DNA of 64,000 nucleotides from Azolla caroliniana (lineage: Eukaryota > Plantae > Polypodiophyta). Under the pieces are notes generated by a model. That model had not been told where the DNA came from and ran no database searches. It saw nothing but the letters and a program-made list of their open reading frames with translations. Positions within the stretch are counted from its first letter, which is position 1; each line of letters begins with the position of its first letter. Location of the stretch: NCBI GenBank assembly GCA_043228905.1, contig JBHGNT010000007.1, positions 8,246,001-8,310,000 of the forward strand, read 5' to 3'. Shown one piece after another: positions 49,401 through 62,482 of this stretch. Both the position numbers and the translations under genes were made by a program.

Positions 49401-51790
49401 GTTCAAAGAAAGTCCGATCACGACCCGACTGAGCGGACCACAAGAGCCTTTGAGCGATCAAAGCACATCACGGCCTAGCCCGAAGATGGACAACGGCAAG
49501 GCAAAAATGTTGGAATACGAAGACGATCGCTTCGATGACGATGAGTTGACTCACTCACTCGACAGTGAGTTCGGCGGCTTCGATGTACCAATCGGAGCTA
49601 ACAAAGCCCTCATCTCGTGAAAAGAATCCGGGCCGATTCGGCTACAACGACTACATGGCATATCACTATGCCTTTATGATGAAGGTGGTGACAGTACGCG
49701 AGCCGGAAACATTTTCTGAAGCAGCCAAGGATCCGCGATGGATCGAAGCCATGAACGAGGAGATGCAGGCACTACGCAAGAACGAGACGTGGGATCTTGT
49801 TCACACCTCACCACACAAAAAGGCGATCGGATGCAGATGGATTTACAAAGTGAAGTACAACCCTGATGGTTCTGTCAACCGCTACAAAGTGCGACTCGTA
49901 GCGAAAGGCTACGCACAAACGCATGGAGTTGACTATGAAGAGACCTTTGCCCCGGTGGCAAAGATGACGACAGTACGGACCGTAATTGCGCTTGCCACGG
50001 CGAAAGGGTGGCACCTCCATCAAATGGACATCAAGAACGCCTTTCTACAAGGTGAATCAGAAGAGGAGGTGTACATGATACAACCACCCGGCTTCAACTC
50101 GAGCACCTATCCGAAAGTTATATGCCGACTCAAGAAGCCACTCTACGGCCTCAAGCAAGCACCACGTGCCTGGCATTCGAAGATAACGCAATATCTTCAT
50201 CAAATCGACTTCCGTATGTCAAAATTGGACAACTCCCTGTACATACGAAGTGATTCCGCAAGTCCTATCGTCATCATCTTATATGTTGATGACCTAGTCA
50301 TTGGAGGTGAGCATCTCGTCGAAATCAATAAGGTCAAATCCCTCCTTTCCGACAAGTTCGAGATGACGGACATGAAGGAGCTCCACTACTTCCTCAGCAT
50401 CGAGGTAATTCGGACTCCGGCCGGAATCATGATCTCTTAACGACACTACATCCTCAACTTGTTATACAAGTTTGGTATGGCTTAGTGCAAATCCACGGCA
50501 ACCTCGCTCGATCACAATCTCAAACTAGATGCGAACTCAGGCACCAAAGCGTGTGAGCCGACTCAATATCGGCAACTCATCGAGAGTTTCATTTACCTCA
50601 CGATCACTCGACCCGATCTTAGTTATCCGGTTGGTCTCCTTAGTCAATTCATGCAAACACCGCGTGATACTCACTTGGATTGCGCTAAGAGAGTTCTACA
50701 ATACATGAGCGGCACAATGGATTGCGGCATCCTATACAAGATTGCGATGCCAATACGACTCGAGGGGTACATAGACGCTGATTGGGCCGACTACAAAGCC
50801 GATAGAAGATCAACCTCTGGATTTGTTTTTTCCCTCGGCAGCGGAGCAATATCCTGAAGTAGCAAAAAGCAACCAACCATCGCTCTTTCGAGCACAGAGG
50901 CGGAATACAGGGGGCACGGCAGTGGCCGCATGTGAAGCCGTATGGCTCAAAAGGATAGTCAAGGATCTGGGCGTACCCATGAAGGATCTGACTTCCCTTT
51001 ACTACGACAACATGAGTAGTATCTATCTGGCTTGGAACCCGGTGTTCCACGCACGAACAAAGCACATCGAAGTGCACTATCACTTCATCCGAGAGCGCGT
51101 TCTAGCTGGCGATGTCGACCTACAACACATTAGCACCAATCTTCAAACGGCCTACATCTTCACTAAAGCCTTACGAGCCGACAAGCTATGGCAATTTATG
51201 ACCGATCTCGGATTGACGATCCCTAACCTACCAAGCTTGAGGGGGAGTACTAAAGACACTACGCAGTAATGCGTGGGTTCCGCAACCGCGCAACGAAGCC
51301 GCGAAGAGCTGATCTACCGCGCAAAGCCGCGAAGAAAGACGCAAGCCGAAGCACAGACTTCGCAACTACGCACAACGCAAGCTGGAGCATGGATTACGCA
51401 AGTCTGCATAAATGCGAGTCGACGCAAACTTCGGAATGCAAGTCGAAGTGAATTTCGGATACCGTCTGAAACCGACCCGACTTGAGCTTCAAGGGGCGTG
51501 TTGAGAATCAAGCTCAACTTGGTCTAGTGTGTGGACTCACCTTGAGAGTGAATAGACACTCCAACAGTCAAGAGTCACCACTTTGTATTCTAGCATTTAG
51601 TATGAGTCATAGAATCATATTCTATGACACATAACTTATGAGCTTTCACATTCCCCATGCTCCATGAGTCTTGTAGTTAATGAAGAGAGAGGGTGACTAT
51701 ATAAAGCACCCTCCTCCCACCTTGTACAACGTTGACTCATTCTCCTTTGTTATATACTTTTACCTTGCGTATTCCTTATGTCTTACTCCT

Positions 51791-51835
<45 letters not shown>

Positions 51836-51900
51836 CACACACACACACACACAGTTCATATCTATTCCGCTACACAGAATCCATCTCTTGATTCTTTACA
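46432..51900 (+). mobile_element. Full-length decayed Ty1/Copia element
   Basis: LTRs 46432-46827 and 51499-51900; TSD ATACA; PBS TGGTAGCAGAGC; gag-PR-INT-RT-RH 46981-51269 with many stops. Confidence 0.96.
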
Positions 51901-52969
51901 ATACACAACTTCAACTTTTTCCTTTTCTTGTATTTCTTTTCTTTTCTTTAACTTTTGTCTTTGTTTATGCAAGCCACCATCAACACGTTCGCGTTCACAA
52001 GTGGAAGGATTGCGTATTCCATTTATAGATTCCTTTTATAATCTTGCGATTTTAGACAATGTTCAAAAACTTGATACACCAGGATCACATGTTTTAAATA
52101 GCATGTAAAATTTGCTAATTTTTTGAGATTTAACAAGTTTCAAAATGATCATTTCTAAAATTGAATAGTTTTTCAGTAAATGTTTAAATGTTGATGGTTT
52201 GTAGATATGAAATGTAGTTAACTTAAAGAAAATCACAATGGTTAACTCAAGGCACAAGTTAAGATGAATGGTTTCACCATCTTGACGAGATTAAGATTAC
52301 ATCTTTTGTTAGACTTGAAAATGTTTTAAGTATAAGAGGTAACATTGCAATCCTTAATATCATCATCTATAAATTTAGTGCTCATTAACATCCATAAATT
52401 CACAATTGAAGAAATGTAGACAAGATTCATAAACAATTTTGATAAATCCACAACTCCAAAAATGTATATTATCTATAGTAGTGATTCTCATGAAAAGAAT
52501 GATGATATTTATGCAAATAACTCCCAAATGTATTTGTTGTGCAACTTTGTGTAACAAATTTAGGCAACATTTTATCTAATGAAATAAAAACGTTTATTGT
52601 TTTGAAAATCCTCTGCTTCTCATTTCTTTAAGATCTAAAAAGTTATTAGTTGCCATTTCTCTTTAAAAATACACAAAGTTACTTTTGTATTTGACCAAAA
52701 TTTGGCATTTTTCAATTTTACCAAATGGTGAAAATTTTCAACTTTCTCATCAAGTTTTAGAGAACATGCGATACCAGTATCAAGGTGTTTTGTGAAATGG
52801 CAACAAAACCCCCAAAATCAAGGAATAACATTAATCCTTTCGAAGCTTGTATCTTGGGCTCCTGAACTCCGATTCACGAACCTAAAATTTGCATTTGCTC
52901 CTAGCCACAAGCTCCATATGGGAAATATCTTTCTATACATTTTTGACATTTTTTTGACATCGTGAAGCA

Positions 52970-54079
52970 ATAACTTCACGACAACGTATGCTCAGTGGAC
53001 ACAAAGTCCCATGTCGGCTCATAGTACTTCGTGACGTTCATAGATAACCACGGCTGGAAGTTGTGGGTATCCACATCGAAGACAAAGGACTGGGTATTAG
53101 CTATCTTCAAGGAGTTCCACACAAGAGTAGAAAGAGAAATCGACCGGAAGTTGAAGGTGGTTCGAGCGGTCAATGATGGTGAATACCAGGGGCAGTTCGA
53201 GGAGTACTACCGGACGAAGGGAATATGACTCGAATTCATCGTGTCGAAGACACTGGAGCTGAACGGATTGGCCTAGAGAATGAACCGGACCGTAAGGGAG
53301 AGAGTTCAAAGTATGTTTGCACATGCCAAGTTGTCGAAGACGTTTTGGGCTGAGGCGCTAATGATGGCGACGTACGTGATAAACAAATCACCCTCAACGC
53401 CCTAGGACGAGACACACCACATAGAGTATGGACCGGTAAAGATGTTTCTTACCGCCATCTAAAAGTGTTTGGTTGTGTTGCTTACGTGTACATCGCAAAA
53501 GATAAACAGGGAAAACTGGACCTGAAAACTTGGCCATGTATATTCCTTGGGTACGGTGATGATGAGTTCAGCTACCGGTTGTGGAGCCTAGCCAAAAAGA
53601 AAGTTATCCAGAGTAGGGACATAGTTTTCATGGAAAACAAGGCCATCGCCGACTAGAAACCGGAGAAGAACATAGGCCCCTCTAGATTGCCCGAAAGAGA
53701 TCGGTTGGAAGATGAAAGCATCGATCTGGTCAGTCGAAGACCATAGTGAACCGACCCGACTCGAACAAAGAACTGAACAGACTGAAGAAGGATCGGACGT
53801 CGGAACCAGACAAGACCCCGAATCGGTGGCAGAAAACCAAGGAAGATAATATATTCTCAGAGAGAGAAAGGCCCATCGGAGATTACCAGATGTAGTGCAT
53901 GTTTTACAGACCGACGAGGGGAGCCAGAAAGCTTTGAGGAAGCAAAGAGCTACACCCATAGCCACAAATGGTTAAGATGGATTCCCTCCATGAGAACCAC
54001 ACATATGAACTGACAGAGCTATCAAAAGGAAAGAGAGCGCTCTAGAACAAGTCAGTGTACGAGCTGAAACCGGGAGCGT
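52970..54079 (+). pseudogene. Copia integrase / RT-start fragment of a different (Tnt1/Tork-like) family
   Basis: YFVTFIDNH, NDGEYQGQF, FWAEALM, VFGCVAYV, CIFLGYGDDEFSYRLW. Confidence 0.8.
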
Positions 54080-55339
54080 TGTCATGAAAATACGACGAGG
54101 ATACGTGAACTTGAGGCAGGACCCCGCGGCCTCCGACTAGAGGATATCAAATTCGTATGTTTATATTAAACAATTAATGGAAATAAGAAAGATTGACAAA
54201 TTTCATTAACAAAGGAAAAGAAAGATTACAATCACTCCCAAGATTGAGATTACCAAAGTTTAGCTTATGGGGATTACTAGAATAATAGATTAGAAGAAAC
54301 TAAATATGGATTCAATAGAAATTTAGGGTTTTTTGCTTCTGTAGGTAAAATTAGGACTAGGTTATACGAGAGATATGGCTTCTGTAGGGAAAATTAGGGT
54401 TTATGAGTGTTATGGCTTCAATAAGATAAGAGAGCTAAGAAGGAAAAGAAAATAAAAATATGGAGAGAGAATGAGTGTAAAAAAAAATGGAATATATATG
54501 GAGTTCTCCGTTCATCATAGCCTTCCATGTTACTTTGCATGTCCACTTTTAGTTGCATGTCCTCTACTTTTAGTTGCATGCCTTTTTCTTTTAGTTGCAT
54601 GTGCCCGTCCACATGACCTTTACTTTAGTTTTATTTACTTTACTTTAATTAGCCACATGATCCTATCATTTGTCCATCTCGATCGCTGCCCATCCAATCC
54701 GTCTGGTCCGTGTCTAGCCTCGTCCAGTTGTCGGTTCCGCCCGATCACCGGTTCCATCCGATCGCCGGTTTTTAGATCCACCTGGTTTCCGACACCATCT
54801 GATTGCCGATTTCACCGGTTTCGATTTGCTTACCGACAGGTTCCTGTTTGCTTTCCGATCGGTTCCGATTTGCTTACCGGCCGGTTCCTGATTGCTTACC
54901 GACCGGTTCCGGTTTGCTTTCCAGCCGGTTCGATTTGCTTACTGGCCGGTTCTAGTTAGATTTCTTGCCAGTTCCGGAATAGCTTTCCGACTGGTTCTAG
55001 TTTGGTTTTTTGGTAACTTGGCCACATTCATCCACTTTGGCCACATTCATCCATCTAGCCAAAGTGGTCAAAGTGCTTTTAGCACAAATGAAAAATAAGG
55101 GATCTCAATGTGCTTATACAGCCAGGGCCTTAAGTTTCCTATCTATGTGGGATAAATCATAGTTCTATTTTCCCTATCTTCTGAAACTTCATGTTCTCAT
55201 AACTTTCATGTAGTGAAATGTGTTTTAAAGCTCTTGAGTACATCAATCTTTCTATAACAAGCTACTAATCTAATCTAAAATAATTATTTCATTATTTTTT
55301 TACATAGTTTTCATATTGTGTGTGAAAAACCACACGACA
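54080..55339 (-). mobile_element. Solo-LTR-like sequence, inverted homolog of 57092-58236 (strand tentative)
   Basis: TGTC...GACA ends; reverse-complement similarity at both termini. Confidence 0.7.
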
Positions 55340-56237
55340 TTCACCCCCACCAAACCTGCACATCCACCGATATGTGCCAATTTTGGTGAGGCTCCTCTTT
55401 TGATTAATTTACTTTTTCATCGATGTACCCGAACCGCCATTGCCATCTTTACGTATACGCTTCCGCAGAGGCATTCTTTTACACTACTTAATGCAAATCT
55501 GTTGTGCAGTACTTTCAAAGAACTGATTCCTTTCTACTATTGTTAAAGCCATTTCAATTGCGAAAGTGTTAAATGGCTATGAAATGTTAATATATAACAT
55601 TATTGTCAAAATAACTTTGCTTGAGTGGATAGATAAGTACATACAATTTTCCCACGAGAGTTTGAATCCCTAATCTGACAACTTCATCTAAGATAATAGT
55701 TCGTTGTGTGAAAACAATTTTATAAAACTTCTATTTCGGAAGTTTGTACGGAAGAACTTGTTTATGGACTTTCTACCCACGAGTGTTAGTTTGATTTTTT
55801 TTTACGAATATCCCCTAGAATAGTTTAATAATATCCAACTTTCTATTATCTACTTTATGAATGCTTAATTCAATCTCTGAAAACATTGCGGATATAACGA
55901 AGCTTGTGGTTTATTTCGTTCCATTGCATCCCGTTTAAATTTGGTGCAATCCAATATGTAAGGATAAATGAGAAATTGTAATAAGCTCATCAAATCGGTA
56001 ATATAATTTCACAACGATGATGATGCTCCAATGAGTTACTTCACCCTATTGGTGAAGCCGTCTATCTCGTAATGACATGGGGAATTCCATTAGTTGGGTT
56101 CAATTGGGGTCATTCCTCCTTGCTAGTTTTCCCAATTGTGATGGTTACACCATCAATGTGGATGGGGTCTATTTCATTGCGGAAGAACTTGTTTCCGTAC
56201 TTGTCATAATTGAATCAAGCGCATTATTTTTTCATGA

Positions 56238-56319
56238 GTCACTTTAGCCAAGTGGTTAAGGCGTGTGCATGCTAAGTACATGACGTTTCCCCACGAGAAT
56301 TAGAATCTCTCAAGTGATG
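56238..56319 (+). pseudogene. Old tRNA-Ser(GCT) pseudogene; further remnants near 55610-55680, 56510-56560 and 56948-56975
   Basis: GTCACTTTAGCCAAGTGGTTAAGGCGTGTGCATGCTAAGTACATG...CTCTCAAGTGATG. Confidence 0.85.
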
Positions 56320-57091
56320 ACTTCATGCAAGTCTATGTTGCAGTACTTCCAAAGAACTGATTGCTTTCAACTGTTGTTAAAACCATTGGAATTGCAAAAG
56401 TGTTAAATGGCTTTATGCCTTGGAGTGAAACCACTTTCATGGTGGTTTTGTTTTAAAATTTTGTATAAAGTCTACTAATTTGTTTGTAGTTTTTATTTGT
56501 TTTCAGAAATGTCACTTTCAATGTTTCCCCACGAGAGTTTGAATCCCTCATGTCATGACTTCTTTAATGTGGACAAGTCATCTACCATGGTCTTGACGTG
56601 GAGATCCTGGATGGTATGGGACAAATTGGGATTCCTAAATCTCCGTTGTCCACTCTAGCGCGAGGGCGGATGGGTGGTAACACGTATTTTCAGTATGATT
56701 GTGTCATTTATGTCTTCATTTTAGGATTAATGATATTTCATGAATCTCTGTTGTCTACTCTAGCGCGGGGGCAGATGGGTGGTAACGCATATTTTCAATA
56801 TGATTGTGTCATTTATGTCTTCATTTTAGGATTAATGATATTGGTTATTGCCGTTACACCAACAATGTCAATGGGTTCTATTTCATTGCGGAAGAACTTG
56901 TTCCCATACTTGTCATAATTGAATAAAGCGCATTATTTTTTCATGAGTCCCTTTGGCTAAGTGGTTAAGGTGTCTCCTTGCGAAGTAGTTTATAATCCCC
57001 TAGAATAGTTTAATAATATCCAACTTTCTATTTTCTTCTTTATGAATGCTTAATTGGATCTCCGAAAACCTACAAGGAAAGGTAGATGTGT

Positions 57092-58236
57092 TGTCAAGTG
57101 ATTCTTCACACACTATGTAAAGAAATAATAAAATAATTATTTTATATTAGCTTAGTGGCTTGTTATAGAAAGATGAACGCCTTCAAGAGTTTCCAAATGC
57201 ATTTTACTACATATAAAATGGATAACTACATATTAAGTTATGTAACTATGAAGCTTAAGAGGATGAGGGAATACTAGAATTTTAAGATATCCCACATAGA
57301 TATGAAACTTTAGCATCCAGCTATATAACCAGATTGAAAACCATTAGTTCTTATCTATGTGTTGAGAGCACAAAAGCAATGGTTGAACTTGGACCAATTT
57401 GTCTACATGGACAAATGTGGCTAAGGAACCGACAATCGGGAGTCGGACGGAACCGATGGAGCCGGCAACTGAGAACCGTACAGAACCGGCGTCAAGACCA
57501 ACGACAAAACCAATCAGGCGAAGACTGGAGGATCGGATGGGCAACGATCGAGATGGGCGGGTGATAGGATCACGCGGTGAATTAAAGTAAAGTAAAGTGA
57601 AGTGAAGTGAAGGTGATCTAGACACATGTCACTGAAGTTAGAGGGCATGCATAATGTAAAGGTCATGTGGAAGGCATGCAAAAGAATGGTGAAGGTCATG
57701 CAACTAAAGTAAATGCCATGTGGGATGCATGCAATGGAACTGGAGATGCAAACTGAAGTTCCTTCATGCAAGTGTATTGGCGGGAACAAAACTAGGAATC
57801 CTAATTTTCTTAGGGGGATCAGCCATCAAAGAAAGATATCACCCAAAAACCCTAAATTTCCTATAGAATCCAAAAACCCTAAATTTCTTATCGAATCCAA
57901 AGACCCTAATTTTCGGATCAAAGCCATATCTCTCGTATAACCATAATTTTCCATACGGAAGCTATATCTCAAAAGCCCTAAATTTCTTATCTACGCCATA
58001 TCTTGGAAAACCCTAACGCTATTTTACTTTTTTTCTTATCGAAGCCTCATAATTCCTTAACTTTTATAATCCCAATCTCAGGATAGATTGTAATTTTTAT
58101 CAAACTTTATCATATTTATCAAACTTTATCATATTGGTTAATTCTTAATACAAAAACAAATGAATTTGATATCCTCTGGTCGAAGGCCCCGGGGTCCTGC
58201 CTCAAGTTCACGTCTCCTTGTCATATTTTCGCGACA
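57092..58236 (+). mobile_element. Solo-LTR-like sequence (strand tentative)
   Basis: TGTC...GACA ends; inverted homolog of 54080-55339. Confidence 0.7.
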
Positions 58237-58239
58237 TCA

Positions 58240-60154
58240 TTATCACGGCGTTCATATCTACCACCATATCAAGCAACGTGGGTTTTCGATACGACGTTGG
58301 ATTCCCACATTATCAATACCATACGGAAGGACCTGAAGACAGACGTTTTTGCTCAAGTCATTCTAGCACAAATTAACCCCTCTCGAGCATCTTGTTCACA
58401 ATTGCAACAACTAGTACGGACTATCGACAATTTGAATGTCATGATGAATTACTATTCTTTAGGAAACTCTTGTATGTTCCTAATGGTTCTTGTCACCTTC
58501 AAGTAGTCTAAAATTGTCATGACACATATACAATTGGGCATTTCGGTGCTACTAAAATGTTACATTTAGTACAACGATCAATCTTGTTGGCCCCATATGG
58601 CACGATTTGTCGAAGACTATGTTCGGACATGTGATACATGTTGTAGAGCAAAGATGTCAAGACATCATCCATATGGTTTTTGGAACCATTACCAATTCCA
58701 AGCAAGTCGTGGCAATCCATTTCTCTAGATTTCATCACAGATCTTCCAGTTTCAAAGGGATTCGATGTGATCTTAACAGTAGTAGATCGATATACGAAGA
58801 TGGCACATTTTCTGCCTTGTACTAAGGAAATCACTAAAGAAGAAACCGCTAAAACTATCATGCGAGAGGTATGTCGACATCATGGCCTCCCCGATAGCAT
58901 CATCAACAATTGTGGACCCCAATTCGTCTCAAAATTCTGGAAGCATCTATTCAAAATGCTCAAGGTCACTTGTAATCTCTCCTCCAACAATCACCCGCAA
59001 ACAAACGGACAAGCAGAATGAATGAATCAAACGTTGGAATAGTATCTTTGGTATTTTCTAAGCTATGAACAAGATGATTGGGCGGATGTTCTCCACTTCA
59101 CCAATTTTGCATATAATAACTCTGTCCACTCATCGACTAGGGTTACACCATTCTATGCTTATATGGGCTATCATCCCCGAAGGTATGTATTCGAAACTCC
59201 GGAGTTACCCACAAATCCTTGTGAAGAGGATCATTTGGAGCGGCTACGCAAGATATAGGCGGACTTATCTACTCATTTACAACAAGCTCAAAAAACACAA
59301 AAGGATTATGCGGATCGTCATCGGCTTCCATTCAGATTTAACATTGAAGATCAAGTATGGCTATTACGATGACACATCAAGACTACTCGCCCATGCGATA
59401 AATTGGACTATTGGCAGTTAGGTCCTTTCCGTATTATCAGAAAAATTAATGATGTCTCTTTTCGTCTCGATCTACCTCCACAACTATGGATACATCCGGT
59501 TTTTCATAGTTCTCTTCTCGAACCATATAACGACAACACTATTCCGAATCGTATTACACCACCTCCACCCTCGATCGAGCTTGAAGCCGGACCGAAGTAT
59601 GCAATAGCTGCCATCCTCGAGCCCAAGATTGTTCGCAACAATCGCTACTATTTGGTCAATTGGTTAGGCTATAGTCCAAGTGAGCGTAAGTCTTGGGAAC
59701 CAGTCAAGAATGTGGTAAATGCTCGAGCTCTTGTTGAGGATGTTCATCGATGATATCCCGACAAGCTAGGTCCTCCATCTAAGACGGCTCGTAGCACTCG
59801 TCGTCTTAAGGGGGCCGGGGGGGGGGGGGGGGGGGGGAGGGGTAGTGTCATGATTTAGCATGGTATGGCTTCAAAAATATTTGAACCCACGACCTTGTGG
59901 CACATGGGTGGAAGCCTTACAATTAAGCTATACATTGTAATACAAAGAATATTATTTCCATTTATTATTTCACTTAGGAAATCCATGTATATTCTAAATT
60001 TCTCTGGAACATTCTAGAAATATCAAAAGTATTCCAAACGCCACTATAAAATGAGGCACATGGCATTATCAAGAAACAAATCGGTTCAACACCAGCTTAA
60101 GCCTCCTAGGTATCCTTGTATATTGTTTTCACATAATTTATCCTTTTGTTATCA

Positions 60155-60200
<46 letters not shown>

Positions 60201-60279
60201 TCTCCTTTTTCTCGACTGTTCTACATCCTCTTTTCCTCTTAGTACTAATTCCCTCTCTGTTTCAGTACTTTTATTGACA
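58240..60279 (+). mobile_element. Chromovirus (Gypsy) 3' end: decayed integrase, chromodomain, poly-G PPT and 3' LTR 59846-60279
   Basis: WQSISLDFITDLP, HPQTNGQAE, GPF, IHPVFHSSLLEPY, YLVNWLGY...SWEP; LTR TGTCA...TGACA. Confidence 0.92.
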
Positions 60280-61033
60280 ATGAGAGTTTGAATACCTCAT
60301 GTGACGACTTCGTCCAAGATAACAATTCTTTCTGTGAAAACAATTTTATAAAAGTTCTATTTCAAAAGCTTGTAGAAACTCTACCAACGAGTGTTAGTTT
60401 GATTTTGCTTCACGACTATCCCCTACAATAGTTTAATTAGTGTCCAACGTTCTATTTTCTTCTTTATAAATTATTAATTGGATCTCTGAAAACATTGCGG
60501 AAATGAGGAAGCCATTACGTGAGGACAAATGAAAAAGTGCAATAGGTGTCACAGACATGACAACAGTTATGTGAAGATTTGAACTCGTGACCTCTTATAT
60601 ATAGTCAAGTGTTGTGTTCTTACCAACACGTCCAAATATATGGTCATGTTATGTATATCTTAGTAGATTATTAGTAGATTATCTATTTCAAGTTCTAGGA
60701 GTTTTTAGAAAGTTCTAGAACTAGTGTCATGATTTAGCATGGTATGGCTTCAAAAATATTTGAACCCACGACCTTGTGGCACATGGGTGGAAGCCTTACA
60801 ATTAAGCTATACATTGTAATACAAAGAATATTATTTCCATTTATTATTTCACTTAGGAAATCCATGTATATTCTAAATTTCTCTGGAACATTCTAGAAAT
60901 ATCAAAAGTATTCCAAACGCCACTATAAAATGAGGCACATGGCATTATCAAGAAACAAATCGGTTCAACACCAGCTTAAGCCTCCTAGGTATCCTTGTAT
61001 ATTGTTTTCACATAATTTATCCTTTTGTTATCA

Positions 61034-61079
<46 letters not shown>

Positions 61080-61912
61080 TCTCCTTTTTCTCGACTGTTC
61101 TACATCCTCTTTTCCTCTTAGTACTAATTCCCTCTCTGTTTCAGTACTTTTATTGACAATGAGAGTTTGAATACCTCATGTGACGACTTCGTCCAAGATA
61201 ACAATTCTTTCTGTGAAAACAATTTTATAAAAGTTCTATTTCAAAAGCTTGTAGAAACTCTACCAACGAGTGTTAGTTTGATTTTGCTTCACGACTATCC
61301 CCTACAATAGTTTAATTAGTGTCCAACGTTCTATTTTCTTCTTTATAAATTATTAATTGGATCTCTGAAAACATTGCGGAAATGAGGAAGCCATTACGTG
61401 AGGACAAATGAAAAAGTGCAATAGGTGTCACAGACATGACAACAGTTATGTGAAGATTTGAACTCGTGACCTCTTATATATAGTCAAGTGTTGTGTTCTT
61501 ACCAACACGTCCAAATATATGGTCATGTTATGTATATCTTAGTAGATTATTAGTAGATTATCTATTTCAAGTTCTAGGAGTTTTTAGAAAGTTCTAGAAC
61601 TAGTGTCATGATTTAGCATGGTATGGCTTCAAAAATATTTGAACCCACGACCTTGTGGCACATGGGTGGAAGCCTTACAATTAAGCTATACATTGTAATA
61701 CAAAGAATATTATTTCCATTTATTATTTCACTTAGGAAATCCATGTATATTCTAAATTTCTCTGGAACATTCTAGAAATATCAAAAGTATTCCAAACGCC
61801 ACTATAAAATGAGGCACATGGCATTATCAAGAAACAAATCGGTTCAACACCAGCTTAAGCCTCCTAGGTATCCTTGTATATTGTTTTCACATAATTTATC
61901 CTTTTGTTATCA

Positions 61913-61958
<46 letters not shown>

Positions 61959-62482
61959 TCTCCTTTTTCTCGACTGTTCTACATCCTCTTTTCCTCTTAG
62001 TACTAATTCCCTCTCTGTTTCAGTACTTTTATTGACAATGAGAGTTTGAATACCTCATGTGACGACTTCGTCCAAGATAACAATTCTTTCTGTGAAAACA
62101 ATTTTATAAAAGTTCTATTTCAAAAGCTTGTAGAAACTCTACCAACGAGTGTTAGTTTGATTTTGCTTCACGACTATCCCCTACAATAGTTTAATTAGTG
62201 TCCAACGTTCTATTTTCTTCTTTATAAATTATTAATTGGATCTCTGAAAACATTGCGGAAATGAGGAAGCCATTACGTGAGGACAAATGAAAAAGTGCAA
62301 TAGGTGTCACAGACATGACAACAGTTATGTGAAGATTTGAACTCGTGACCTCTTATATATAGTCAAGTGTTGTGTTCTTACCAACACGTCCAAATATATG
62401 GTCATGTTATGTATATCTTAGTAGATTATTAGTAGATTATCTATTTCAAGTTCTAGGAGTTTTTAGAAAGTTCTAGAACTAG
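59843..62482. repeat. Three tandem copies of an 879-bp unit (chromovirus LTR + tRNA-Ser 3' remnant + spacer + 5' part of a second LTR-like sequence)
   Basis: Starts at 59843, 60722, 61601; no differences seen by eye. Confidence 0.96.
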
